In this document: one piece after another, positions 48,049-56,319 of the stretch | Position numbering within the stretch: position 1 is the first letter of the stretch | How the letters are laid out: each line of letters opens with the position of its first letter | Assembly (NCBI GenBank): GCA_020060185.1 | Contig: JAGVAS010000056.1 | Coordinates: 3,734-67,733, forward strand | Direction: 5' to 3' | DNA: 64,000 nt | DNA from: Desulfovibrio sp. | GTDB lineage: Bacteria > Bacillota > Dethiobacteria > DTU022 > UBA8154 | Position numbers and translations under genes: made by a program | Notes under the pieces: generated by a model | What the model was told of the DNA's origin: nothing | Database searches by the model: none | What the model saw: the letters and a program-made list of their open reading frames with translations, nothing else

Positions 48049-51000
48049 AGTTTCTTACGAATGTAAAAAAAGCCGTATCCGAGACACAAAAGGGAAAGCA
48101 CGGATAGGACCGCTCCCCAGCGATAGACAGGCGGCCTTTCCAGGTAGATTATGATTTCATGATCGCCGGCGGGGATTTTCAGCCTCAGCAGGTTTTCATA
48201 AATTTCGTAAGGCCAGGGCTCCCCGTTTATCTTCACCTTCATCCCATCAAGGGCGGCGACGGGAACGATCACATCAACATCATTCTCGACGCTGCAGGTC
48301 ATTACATAACCGTCCTCGCTGGCCTGGTAATTGAGCAGCGGTATAAGCGAAACAGGAGCATATTCCGTCCTTAATGCGAAAATATCTTTCAGGAGCTCCA
48401 AGACCAGAGCATCCTTTGTTAAAAAGGTATGGTAGGGCAGGTTCCCGCCTAAAAAGTGGATTTTCCTGCTCTTTATCAGCCTGCTCCCGTAAACGGGCGC
48501 GCTCATCCCGAAATATTCAAATTCAAGCTCTACTTCATCCAACCCCTGAAGCACCCAGGCTTTCCAGACATCAATATCCTCGAGAAAAAAAGGCTCCAGA
48601 AGGTATCTTTCGCCTTTCCGCCCCATGAGTTCCAGCTGGCCCCGGAGAGTAACCAGCTCACCGTAAACTTCCAAAAACTCCGGCTGCCTGGCCAGTATAT
48701 CTTCCTGCATCCCGGTAAGCTCGACAAACACCTCTCCTCCAGAAGCGGCATAATCCAGGATTACCTGTTCCGCTCTTGTCTTGGAGGACCATTTTGCCCC
48801 GTACAGGATAACACTGCTGTACCTTTTCAGCTTTTCGGGGTCATAGCTGTCAATATAGGTAGAAACGCCCATCTCTACATTGGGAAACATCAGGGCGATC
48901 GTTGGAGCATACTCGCCGATGACAAGGACGTCATCCTGCACCTCAACCAGGTAGGGTATGTCGATACCGGCATGCCAGATGCTGATCCCGTCTATTGTTA
49001 CAATATGGCTGTATCCGGCTTTTTCCGCTTCAAATGAAAAAGCCTGCGGATCCTTGATTACATCGTCCTTTACAAGCAAATCGGTCGCCCCCAAAAGAAC
49101 ACACGACCGAAACAAAAAAGGATAATACTGGAATTCCAAACCCGTGTTAATGAGCATGATATTGGGGGAGGTGGTAGCGCCCTGCCAGGCCCACCCAAAT
49201 ACCTGCTCTCTTCCTGATTGTTCTGCAAAAAGATATGAAGGGGTGGAACCGAGCCTGCTTAAATCTATAGTTGCTACGCGCCAGCCCGGGGTTGCCTGTA
49301 ATATCTCTGCGCTCTCGATCAATTTAGGGGCTCTCGCGGAGGTATGGGCAAGCAGGCGCACGGAAAAAAAAGAGTCCATCAAAAATGCCGCTGAAAGCAT
49401 AATAACAACAACAGGCCCCGCTTTGCTAAAAGGAAATCGAAATGGAAAGGCCCATTTTTTGACTGGGGAAAAAGCCAGGCTGGAAGCAATAACAGAGAGT
49501 GCCGCAAAGCCGGCAAAGTAATGCGGCCACAGCAGGTGGCTTAAGGGAAGGAGTAAATATAAAAGCCGCAGTGAAGGAAAAGTGAATGCTATTAAGATTG
49601 CTCCGCAAATGGCCAGGCTTTTGGCCCACGGCGGTTTTGAACGCCAGGTCAAGATAATAAGGGTTAGGGCAAAAATAATGCTGATTCCCCAGTAAAAAGC
49701 CTCCCGGTTAGCAAAACGATAAAAGGGATCTAGAGATATCGCTGCCGGAATGAGATTTTCGACTACATAAGCTTTTACCGCCTCAGCGTTGATCCCGGTA
49801 ATACCGCCGACAAGGGCCGGCAGCAGCCACCACCCTGTCGAAAGAACTCCTATAGCAATTACCAAAACTCCTCTCGAAAAATCTCTTAGTCGGCAGCCGC
49901 TCAAGAACCAAAGGAAAAAAGCAAAAAGTCCCAGGGAGATAGAAAAAATCGCTCCAAACATGGCATGCGTGAGAATAACCCCGTGCAAAAGAGCGACAAA
50001 AATAATGATGTTGGAAAAAGACCTTTTTTCTTCAATTACTTTTAAAAAGAAGGCAAACAAAAGGGGCAGCAAAGCTGCGGCCAGAACACGGGGGAGGTTT
50101 CCTTCTGAGAAGGCAACACGCACGTTATCGATCCAAACGCTCCAGATTATACCCGCCAGCGTTGCCGCAAAAAGCCCTATGCGGTTGGCCCAAAAAAGCC
50201 ACGCCAGCCCTCCGCCAAGAGCACAGGCAAAAATAAAGTAATTTCCCGCCATGAAAATGTCAGCGCTGAAGGAACGCAACAAGGCCAACAAGTAATAAGG
50301 AAGAGGGGCCCAATAGCGAAAAGGTTGAACTCCGTTGTACCAATACTCAGTAAATTGGGGAAAATAGCTGCCTTTGAGGATCTGTTCGTACAGAAACTCT
50401 GCTTTCAAAAGATGCCCCCAGGCATCAGAACCCCACGGGTAATGAAGCCTGAATTGGGGCGTGAGAACATAATAATAGGCAAGGAAAGCCAGCAGGCTAA
50501 TTATCAGTGCGGATACGATATAATGGTGAACAGCATATCTGTAAAAAACCTGTCCGGAAAGTCTTTTGTCAGGTTGTTTGACAGGAATGGCATCCTTTAA
50601 ACCGTCCTCGACGGCAGTATCTGCTTTTAAACTGCTTTCGACGGCCGCGGCAATTTCCCTGCGGTAATCTGAACTTTCCGCACTTTCCCTGCTGCTTTCC
50701 GCCAGGGAATCAAGTGCGGTATTACGGTTGCTTACTTCTATTCCGCGGAGAGGCGTTTCCCAGAGACTAATACTGTCAAGCCCCAATTTTAACCCAGATA
50801 GTGCATCTTCCAGCCGGTTGTAAAAGTACATGGCCATATTCTCTGTCGTGGGTTGGAAAATATTGAAAGGATGAATTTCATTCAGAATTTTATCTTCATA
50901 TTGTCCAAAAACAGACTTGATACAATCTACAATGGTGGCAAAGGGTATTGGTTCATCATTTTCACTGGAAGGAATATCAACTTTCAAATGGACCTGCCAG

Positions 51001-51506
51001 GAGTGAGCATGAACCGGACCGGCTTTTTCGGTAAACGAAACATAATGGCGGGCATTAAGAAAAGAAACCAGCTGGATAGAGTAAGCCTTGGATTCAGCAA
51101 GGGGCTTCGGTTCCCAGGGGGAGGAGACAATTTCCTTTTTACTGCCTGAAATTTCTAATTCTGGCCCGATTTCCTCAGCCAATTGTTTATTTTGCTCTGC
51201 TGATACTTTGTTTAGAATTTCCCGTTCCATGGATGAAAGTTCGTTGTTTAACCGGGCGATTTCATCCTCAACAATCTGCAATTCTATTTTTTTTGAAGCA
51301 ACTATAGCTTCCGCTTCAGATATGATGCGCCGTGCCTTAGCCCGGGCATTATCTTCCATCTCTTTTGCCACCCTGATGCTTTGAGCAAGCGAACGCTGGA
51401 CATTTAAAAAATGGGATTCATTTGCAGCAATTATCGCCTTTAACTCGGTGACCTGCAGCTCGTACTTTTTTATCTTGCCCAGTAACCCCTGAAGTTCTTC
51501 GCGCAA
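48045..51506 (-). CDS. multidomain fusion: DivIVA-like coiled coil + QueD/6-pyruvoyl-tetrahydropterin-synthase-like domain + roughly 12-TM domain (PTPS-related membrane protein architecture) + C-terminal extracytoplasmic domain + TM anchor; putative GT-C-like glycosyltransferase
   Basis: 1153 aa. Residues about 1-110 are a coiled coil similar to DivIVA at 51897..52427. Residues about 150-250: FNARHYV..GPVHAHSWQV...LNEIHPFNIFQPTTENMAMYFYNRL aligns to QueD FEAAHRL..CGRLHGHSF...[20 protein letters not shown], keeping the His ligands but losing the catalytic Cys. After that come multiple TM helices and a soluble C-terminal domain. Confidence 0.7.
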   Translation of the reverse strand: MREELQGLLGKIKKYELQVTELKAIIAANESHFLNVQRSLAQSIRVAKEMEDNARAKARRIISEAEAIVASKKIELQIVEDEIARLNNELSSMEREILNKVSAEQNKQLAEEIGPELEISGSKKEIVSSPWEPKPLAESKAYSIQLVSFLNARHYVSFTEKAGPVHAHSWQVHLKVDIPSSENDEPIPFATIVDCIKSVFGQYEDKILNEIHPFNIFQPTTENMAMYFYNRLEDALSGLKLGLDSISLWETPLRGIEVSNRNTALDSLAESSRESAESSDYRREIAAAVESSLKADTAVEDGLKDAIPVKQPDKRLSGQVFYRYAVHHYIVSALIISLLAFLAYYYVLTPQFRLHYPWGSDAWGHLLKAEFLYEQILKGSYFPQFTEYWYNGVQPFRYWAPLPYYLLALLRSFSADIFMAGNYFIFACALGGGLAWLFWANRIGLFAATLAGIIWSVWIDNVRVAFSEGNLPRVLAAALLPLLFAFFLKVIEEKRSFSNIIIFVALLHGVILTHAMFGAIFSISLGLFAFFLWFLSGCRLRDFSRGVLVIAIGVLSTGWWLLPALVGGITGINAEAVKAYVVENLIPAAISLDPFYRFANREAFYWGISIIFALTLIILTWRSKPPWAKSLAICGAILIAFTFPSLRLLYLLLPLSHLLWPHYFAGFAALSVIASSLAFSPVKKWAFPFRFPFSKAGPVVVIMLSAAFLMDSFFSVRLLAHTSARAPKLIESAEILQATPGWRVATIDLSRLGSTPSYLFAEQSGREQVFGWAWQGATTSPNIMLINTGLEFQYYPFLFRSCVLLGATDLLVKDDVIKDPQAFSFEAEKAGYSHIVTIDGISIWHAGIDIPYLVEVQDDVLVIGEYAPTIALMFPNVEMGVSTYIDSYDPEKLKRYSSVILYGAKWSSKTRAEQVILDYAASGGEVFVELTGMQEDILARQPEFLEVYGELVTLRGQLELMGRKGERYLLEPFFLEDIDVWKAWVLQGLDEVELEFEYFGMSAPVYGSRLIKSRKIHFLGGNLPYHTFLTKDALVLELLKDIFALRTEYAPVSLIPLLNYQASEDGYVMTCSVENDVDVIVPVAALDGMKVKINGEPWPYEIYENLLRLKIPAGDHEIIIYLERPPVYRWGAVLSVLSLLCLGYGFFYIRKKL

Positions 51507-51896
51507 TTTAATTTCCAGGACCTCTAAATGGGGTTCGGCTTTTTCTCTAATAGAAATATAAATCTTTCCCTTCTTAAGACGTGTTCTATCTTATCTTTAT
51601 ATCTTTCAGTAATAGCTCACCTTAATCAGATAACTTTCACCATATCCATAAAACCTGAGTACAACGAAAAACACCAGAGCACATCTACTACCAATATATC
51701 AATGCGTTCAAGGTAGGATCCAGCTTTGTGGTAGTGTGATGATGTACGTTATCTATGGGTTTGAGGCAATAGAGCATCTGCTTCAATTTTGACGAATTGG
51801 ATACAAAGCTCGAACGCGCTGAGATAGATACTTATACCCTGGCTTGGTAATCATCTGTTACAACTTAAGTTTTATTATTTAAAGTGAATAATTAAT

Positions 51897-52427
51897 TCAG
51901 GGCAAACTGCCTCTTTCTTTATTCTTATCGTCAACAAGTTTGGGATAAAAAGAAACATCTCCGCTCAGATGCTCTGCTGTCACCGTTTCTAGAGAAAACC
52001 TGTACTTATCTAAAACCTTTTTAAATTCTTCTTTAAAATGAGCTACTTTTTCCCTCAGGTTTGTCAGTTCCTGGTTTCTTTTCTTTAACTCGTTTTCGCT
52101 TTCTTCAATTAACCTCCTGGCAGTTGCCCGCGCTTCTTCTTCAATTTGCGTCGCCCTTTTTTGCGCTTCCAAGAAAACTTCGGCAATTGTATGTTCCCTG
52201 GCAGTATATTCGTTTATCTTATTCCTTAACCCGTAAACTTCTTCTTCTGCTTTTTTTAATTCCTCTTTCTTTTTTTCAATCTCAAGCTGAAGAGCTGCTA
52301 TTGTGCTTTGATATTCGCTGTTAAGCTGCTTAATCTCACCTTCAACATCAGCTGGCTTAAAGCCAAAAAGCGATTTTCTGAACCTTCTTCCCATTTTCTC
52401 CCCTCCTTCAGAATATATTAATTTCAA
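51897..52427 (-). CDS. divIVA: DivIVA domain protein
   Basis: 176 aa; N-terminal RKSLFGFKPADVEGEIKQL followed by a long heptad-repeat coiled coil. Confidence 0.65.
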   Translation of the reverse strand: MKLIYSEGGEKMGRRFRKSLFGFKPADVEGEIKQLNSEYQSTIAALQLEIEKKKEELKKAEEEVYGLRNKINEYTAREHTIAEVFLEAQKRATQIEEEARATARRLIEESENELKKRNQELTNLREKVAHFKEEFKKVLDKYRFSLETVTAEHLSGDVSFYPKLVDDKNKERGSLP

Positions 52428-53006
52428 AAGAGAACACTATGCCCCAAAACAAAACACACAATTCAGCATTTATCCCGTAGCAATATTTATTCTTAATTTA
52501 TTTAGAAAATCCTGCTAATATTCGACAAAAAAGGTACATATCATCAACAATCGCGAACTTTTTTATCTTAAGTACTTCAGCTATCCTCCGTTTTCTGTCA
52601 TAAATGAGAAAACATTCTATAAAACAGCCGATCTTTAGATAATTATATCAGAAATGCCTAAATATTACAAGAACATTTTTAAAAAGCCATTTGGGTTGTA
52701 TTTTCTTTTTTGAGCAAAGCTTTAGCAGCAATAGGGTCCTTGATTTAGTCCATTTTTATAGCTTTTGCGGATATTTTTTGGCCTTTTTTCCATTTTCAGG
52801 TAACGATTGCGAATTTGAGCATAATCTTCTGTTGGATATTCAATTTTAAAGCTACGGTTAAGAGGTACGGCCTTGACCTCAGCTTTAGCGGTGAAATCGC
52901 CTCCACCTCTGGCAAAGATCTTGAGATGGATGGAGACGAGCTGACCGCAAGAATAAAGAATATTAGCGAAAAGGCCTTGTAAAATAAAATTTATCCCGGA
53001 TCCCGT

Positions 53007-53228
53007 TTGCTGGACACAGGTGCCCGAAACGCTAAAAAATCAAAGTCCCAGCGGCACAGGCGGCAGGTTGGTCTTATCGATTCGCTCTTCAGACATAAGA
53101 AAATTCTGTTTAACCCAAAATACGGCCTTATTGGCCTTTATGCCGCTCCTTATTTCTGGTTTTTTGAGATGTTAGGGCCTATAGTAAAAATCCTCGGCTA
53201 TATCCTCACTTTACCACCAGGGACATAA
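53007..53228 (+). pseudogene. C-terminal fragment of another processive GT2 synthase (relic)
   Basis: ..SLFRHKKILFNPKYGLIGLYAAPYFWFFEMLGPIVKILGYI resembles the post-QxxRW C-terminal segment of PgaC/IcaA/YdaM-type synthases; no upstream body. Confidence 0.35.
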
Positions 53229-53238
53229 AACAGGTTAA

Positions 53239-54270
53239 TTAATAATTTAGGCGCCGGGAAGGCAGGTCGATTTTCAAGGCTGTTTCCGCTATTTTCGGGT
53301 CAAACTGGGTTCCGGAACAAAGACGGAGCTGCTCCCTGACCTGTTCCACTGTTTTGGCCGGGGCATAAGGCCGCTGGGAAAGCATAGCATCGATGGCATC
53401 GGCAACGGCAATTATCCTGGCACTGCATGGAATCTGCAGCCCCTTGATACCCTCCGGATAGCCTGTCCCGTCAAATTTTTCATGATGGTGAAGAACGATG
53501 GGGACTGCTTCCTTGAGGAATTCGACTGGGGAGATAATTTCCGCCCCAATAACAGGGTGCTGTTTGATCACTTTAAATTCCTCAAAAGTAAGGGTAGAGG
53601 GTTTTCTTAAGATATGCTCCGGAACGCCGATCTTCCCGATATCATGCAGTATGGCCGCCTGCTGCAGCAGGTCCATTTCCATGGCGGAAAGTCCCATCTC
53701 CTCCCCCAGGATCATCGTAAACATAGCAACCCTTTCCTGGTGACCCTTGGTATAGGAATCTTTGGCATCAATGGCCGCTACCAGGGAGCGCACCGTCTCC
53801 AGGTAATGCTTCTGGATATTGTTGTAAGCGCGCTCAATTTCCTCCTTAAGGGAGTCATTTACAACCTGCAGTTCGTTAAGCCTGTTCCTGATGGCTGTGC
53901 TTGTAGTGCGGCGTGAAAGCCCCTTTTCCACAACTTCTTTAACCGAGCTGCAGTCAAAGGGTTTAATAAGGTAATCCAGGGCGCCGTTGCGCAGGGCATT
54001 GGTAGCCGTATCCACGGAGGCATAGGCGGTTATCATCACCACCTCCGTTTCCGGAGCCTTCTTTTTTACTTCGGCAAGCAGTTCGATGCCGTTAATGTCG
54101 GGCATCCTTATATCCAGTATAACCAGGTCGAATTCGGAAACATCAAGATAATCCAGGGCCTGCTTACCGTTGTCTGCGGTAACAACCTCATACTCGTCCC
54201 GCAAGATCATCCTCAGGGCCTCCCTGGGGCCGAGTTCGTCATCGACAACCAGTATTCTCGGGTTTTCCAT
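53239..54270 (-). CDS. response regulator: REC + HD-GYP domain (RpfG-like c-di-GMP phosphodiesterase)
   Basis: 343 aa; ILVVDDE...DLVILDIRMP receiver; HDIGKIGVPEHIL and HHHEKFDGTGYP HD-GYP motifs. Confidence 0.85.
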   Translation of the reverse strand: MENPRILVVDDELGPREALRMILRDEYEVVTADNGKQALDYLDVSEFDLVILDIRMPDINGIELLAEVKKKAPETEVVMITAYASVDTATNALRNGALDYLIKPFDCSSVKEVVEKGLSRRTTSTAIRNRLNELQVVNDSLKEEIERAYNNIQKHYLETVRSLVAAIDAKDSYTKGHQERVAMFTMILGEEMGLSAMEMDLLQQAAILHDIGKIGVPEHILRKPSTLTFEEFKVIKQHPVIGAEIISPVEFLKEAVPIVLHHHEKFDGTGYPEGIKGLQIPCSARIIAVADAIDAMLSQRPYAPAKTVEQVREQLRLCSGTQFDPKIAETALKIDLPSRRLNY

Positions 54271-54274
54271 ATAC

Positions 54275-56296
54275 TCATCCCCCTTTTCCGGAAAAAATAG
54301 GCAAAATGACTTCTATCTCCAGGCACTTGTCCTTGGTTAAGGACGCTTTCAGACGCCCGCCGTGATCCTCGATTATTTTCCGGCTTACAGGCAGACCCAG
54401 CGAAATATAGCCGTTTTGATGGGCAGTTAAAGGTTCAAACATTTTCTCCACGTCTTCAATTGACGCTTTTGTCTGGTTGTCACACAAGCGAATACAGGCG
54501 CCCCCGGAAAATATCTTGTCAGTATAAAATGTATGTATATGAATTATCCCCCCGACTTCCACGGCCCTGAAACAATGGCGCAGCAGGTAGGAAAAAGCCC
54601 TGGCCAGAAGGGTTTTGTCCGCCCTGATGTTTAAAGGCTCTCCAAAATAAGCGGTATCTACTGTGGTCTCCTGCCCCATCCCCTGTTCCTGCAAGAGTAA
54701 AAGTCCCATGTCAAGGGTTTCATGGATATCAACAGAGCTGTACTTGTAGGAAAGAGGCGTGGAAAAAGCAATGAGCTGCTCTACCAGTTCATTTAACCTC
54801 TTAATCTCCTGCCGTACTGTATAGGTAAAGAATTCCCGGAAGGAGCTGTCGTCGTATTTTTCCGTTAAAAGCTCTGCAAAGGTCTGGATGGCAACCATGG
54901 GATTCTTTATTTCATGTGCCAGTTGGCCGACAAATTTATTAAGCACATCAAGCCGGTCAGCCTGGCGCCGCTCCACCTCCAGCTGTTTTCTTTGCGTAAT
55001 ATCTTCAAAGATCATGACGCTGCCGAAGGTTTCTCCCTCTATGCTGAGCAGCTGGTAAGTATTGATCTCCAGGGGGATACGTCCCGGGGCTAGTTCAATC
55101 TCTTCTTTGAAAAATGCTTTTCCAGTAGTCAATGTTTCATAAAGCAAATCACCCAGGGGGCTGGGAAGGGAGCGCAGGTCTTTTCCCATAACTTCCTGCG
55201 GTAAAAACTTAAGAAGTTCCCCGGCACGAAAATTAAAGGTTATAATACGCTCTTCCCGGTTAATAGCCACAACTCCGCTGTTCATGCGCTGCAGGATACT
55301 TTCGATATATGACTTCTGATCGCATACCTGGTGGTAAAGGGCGATATCCCGCAGGGCCATAGCCACATTCCCACAGAGGGTAAAAAGTATCTCCAGTTCC
55401 TCTTCATAAAAGGAAGAACGGGTTATTTTGGGCCCCAGGTTAAGAATCCCCACCAGTTGCCCGTGGGCCAACAACGGTATACAGGCAACTGCCTGGAGCA
55501 GTTTCATTTCCTGAAGGGCTTCAGCGGAAGAAATGCCGTTGGGAGCGTAGTGCACTTCTTCAATGCGCAGTATGCGCCCTTCTCCGGCCAACCAGGAAAT
55601 AAGTCCCGTGGACGATTTAAAGCGCAAGCTAAAAGAAAACTGTGGGTCAAGCCCTCTTTGCGATACAATTTTATACTGGTCCAGGTTCTCATCGTATAAC
55701 AAGATCGACAACTTGCCCACCGGGACCAGTTCGGCAACGGCATTCATAAAAAGATCCAGGAGGCGGTTCCTGTTGAAATTGTTGCTCAAAGCCTTTGAGA
55801 ATTCGCGTAAGACGCGCTCTTTATGCAGAATCGGTGAAAAATGGTTTGGAAGCTCTTGCTTACCGTTATTATCACCTGCAGCTTTTTTAAGGTTCTGCAT
55901 CTCAAAGCGAAGCTGAACCCTCTCCCAGGCCCGCGCAAGCTTAATATTAACCTGCTTGCTAGAAAAAGGTGCATGAATAAAATCATAAAAATATGGCAAA
56001 AGGGAATCTTCCACGGCAGCCTGGCCGTCAATAAGGCCGAGGTAGGTTAAATCGGGCCTCCGGGAACACGCTTCTTGTATCCATGGTAAAATACCATGCA
56101 TAGTTGTATCTACAAGTATTATGCCGGAAACAAGATTTTTCAGCAGCTGCAGGGTTTTTGGACCCATTTCGCATTCCAGGAAAGTATATTCTTCCGCAAT
56201 ATATTCTTTTACTTTCCTGAGAGTGCTGTCTTTACTGCATACAAGGATAACCAGTTTCAATATGTTTCCCTTCTTTCGGGATTCTATAGGTGCCAC
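54275..56296 (-). CDS. sensor histidine kinase with N-terminal receiver-like domain, GAF and PAS domains
   Basis: 673 aa; HEIKNPMVAIQTFAELL H-box; C-terminal HATPase region. Confidence 0.75.
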   Translation of the reverse strand: MAPIESRKKGNILKLVILVCSKDSTLRKVKEYIAEEYTFLECEMGPKTLQLLKNLVSGIILVDTTMHGILPWIQEACSRRPDLTYLGLIDGQAAVEDSLLPYFYDFIHAPFSSKQVNIKLARAWERVQLRFEMQNLKKAAGDNNGKQELPNHFSPILHKERVLREFSKALSNNFNRNRLLDLFMNAVAELVPVGKLSILLYDENLDQYKIVSQRGLDPQFSFSLRFKSSTGLISWLAGEGRILRIEEVHYAPNGISSAEALQEMKLLQAVACIPLLAHGQLVGILNLGPKITRSSFYEEELEILFTLCGNVAMALRDIALYHQVCDQKSYIESILQRMNSGVVAINREERIITFNFRAGELLKFLPQEVMGKDLRSLPSPLGDLLYETLTTGKAFFKEEIELAPGRIPLEINTYQLLSIEGETFGSVMIFEDITQRKQLEVERRQADRLDVLNKFVGQLAHEIKNPMVAIQTFAELLTEKYDDSSFREFFTYTVRQEIKRLNELVEQLIAFSTPLSYKYSSVDIHETLDMGLLLLQEQGMGQETTVDTAYFGEPLNIRADKTLLARAFSYLLRHCFRAVEVGGIIHIHTFYTDKIFSGGACIRLCDNQTKASIEDVEKMFEPLTAHQNGYISLGLPVSRKIIEDHGGRLKASLTKDKCLEIEVILPIFSGKGG

Positions 56297-56319
56297 CTGT
56301 ACGAAACATAAAGCTGTAT

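Noticed and set aside
52740-52990. Possible transposase (TnpB/IS605-like) remnant on the minus strand
   Set aside because: Only a short basic stretch with weak resemblance, no catalytic motifs and no inverted repeats. The evidence is insufficient.
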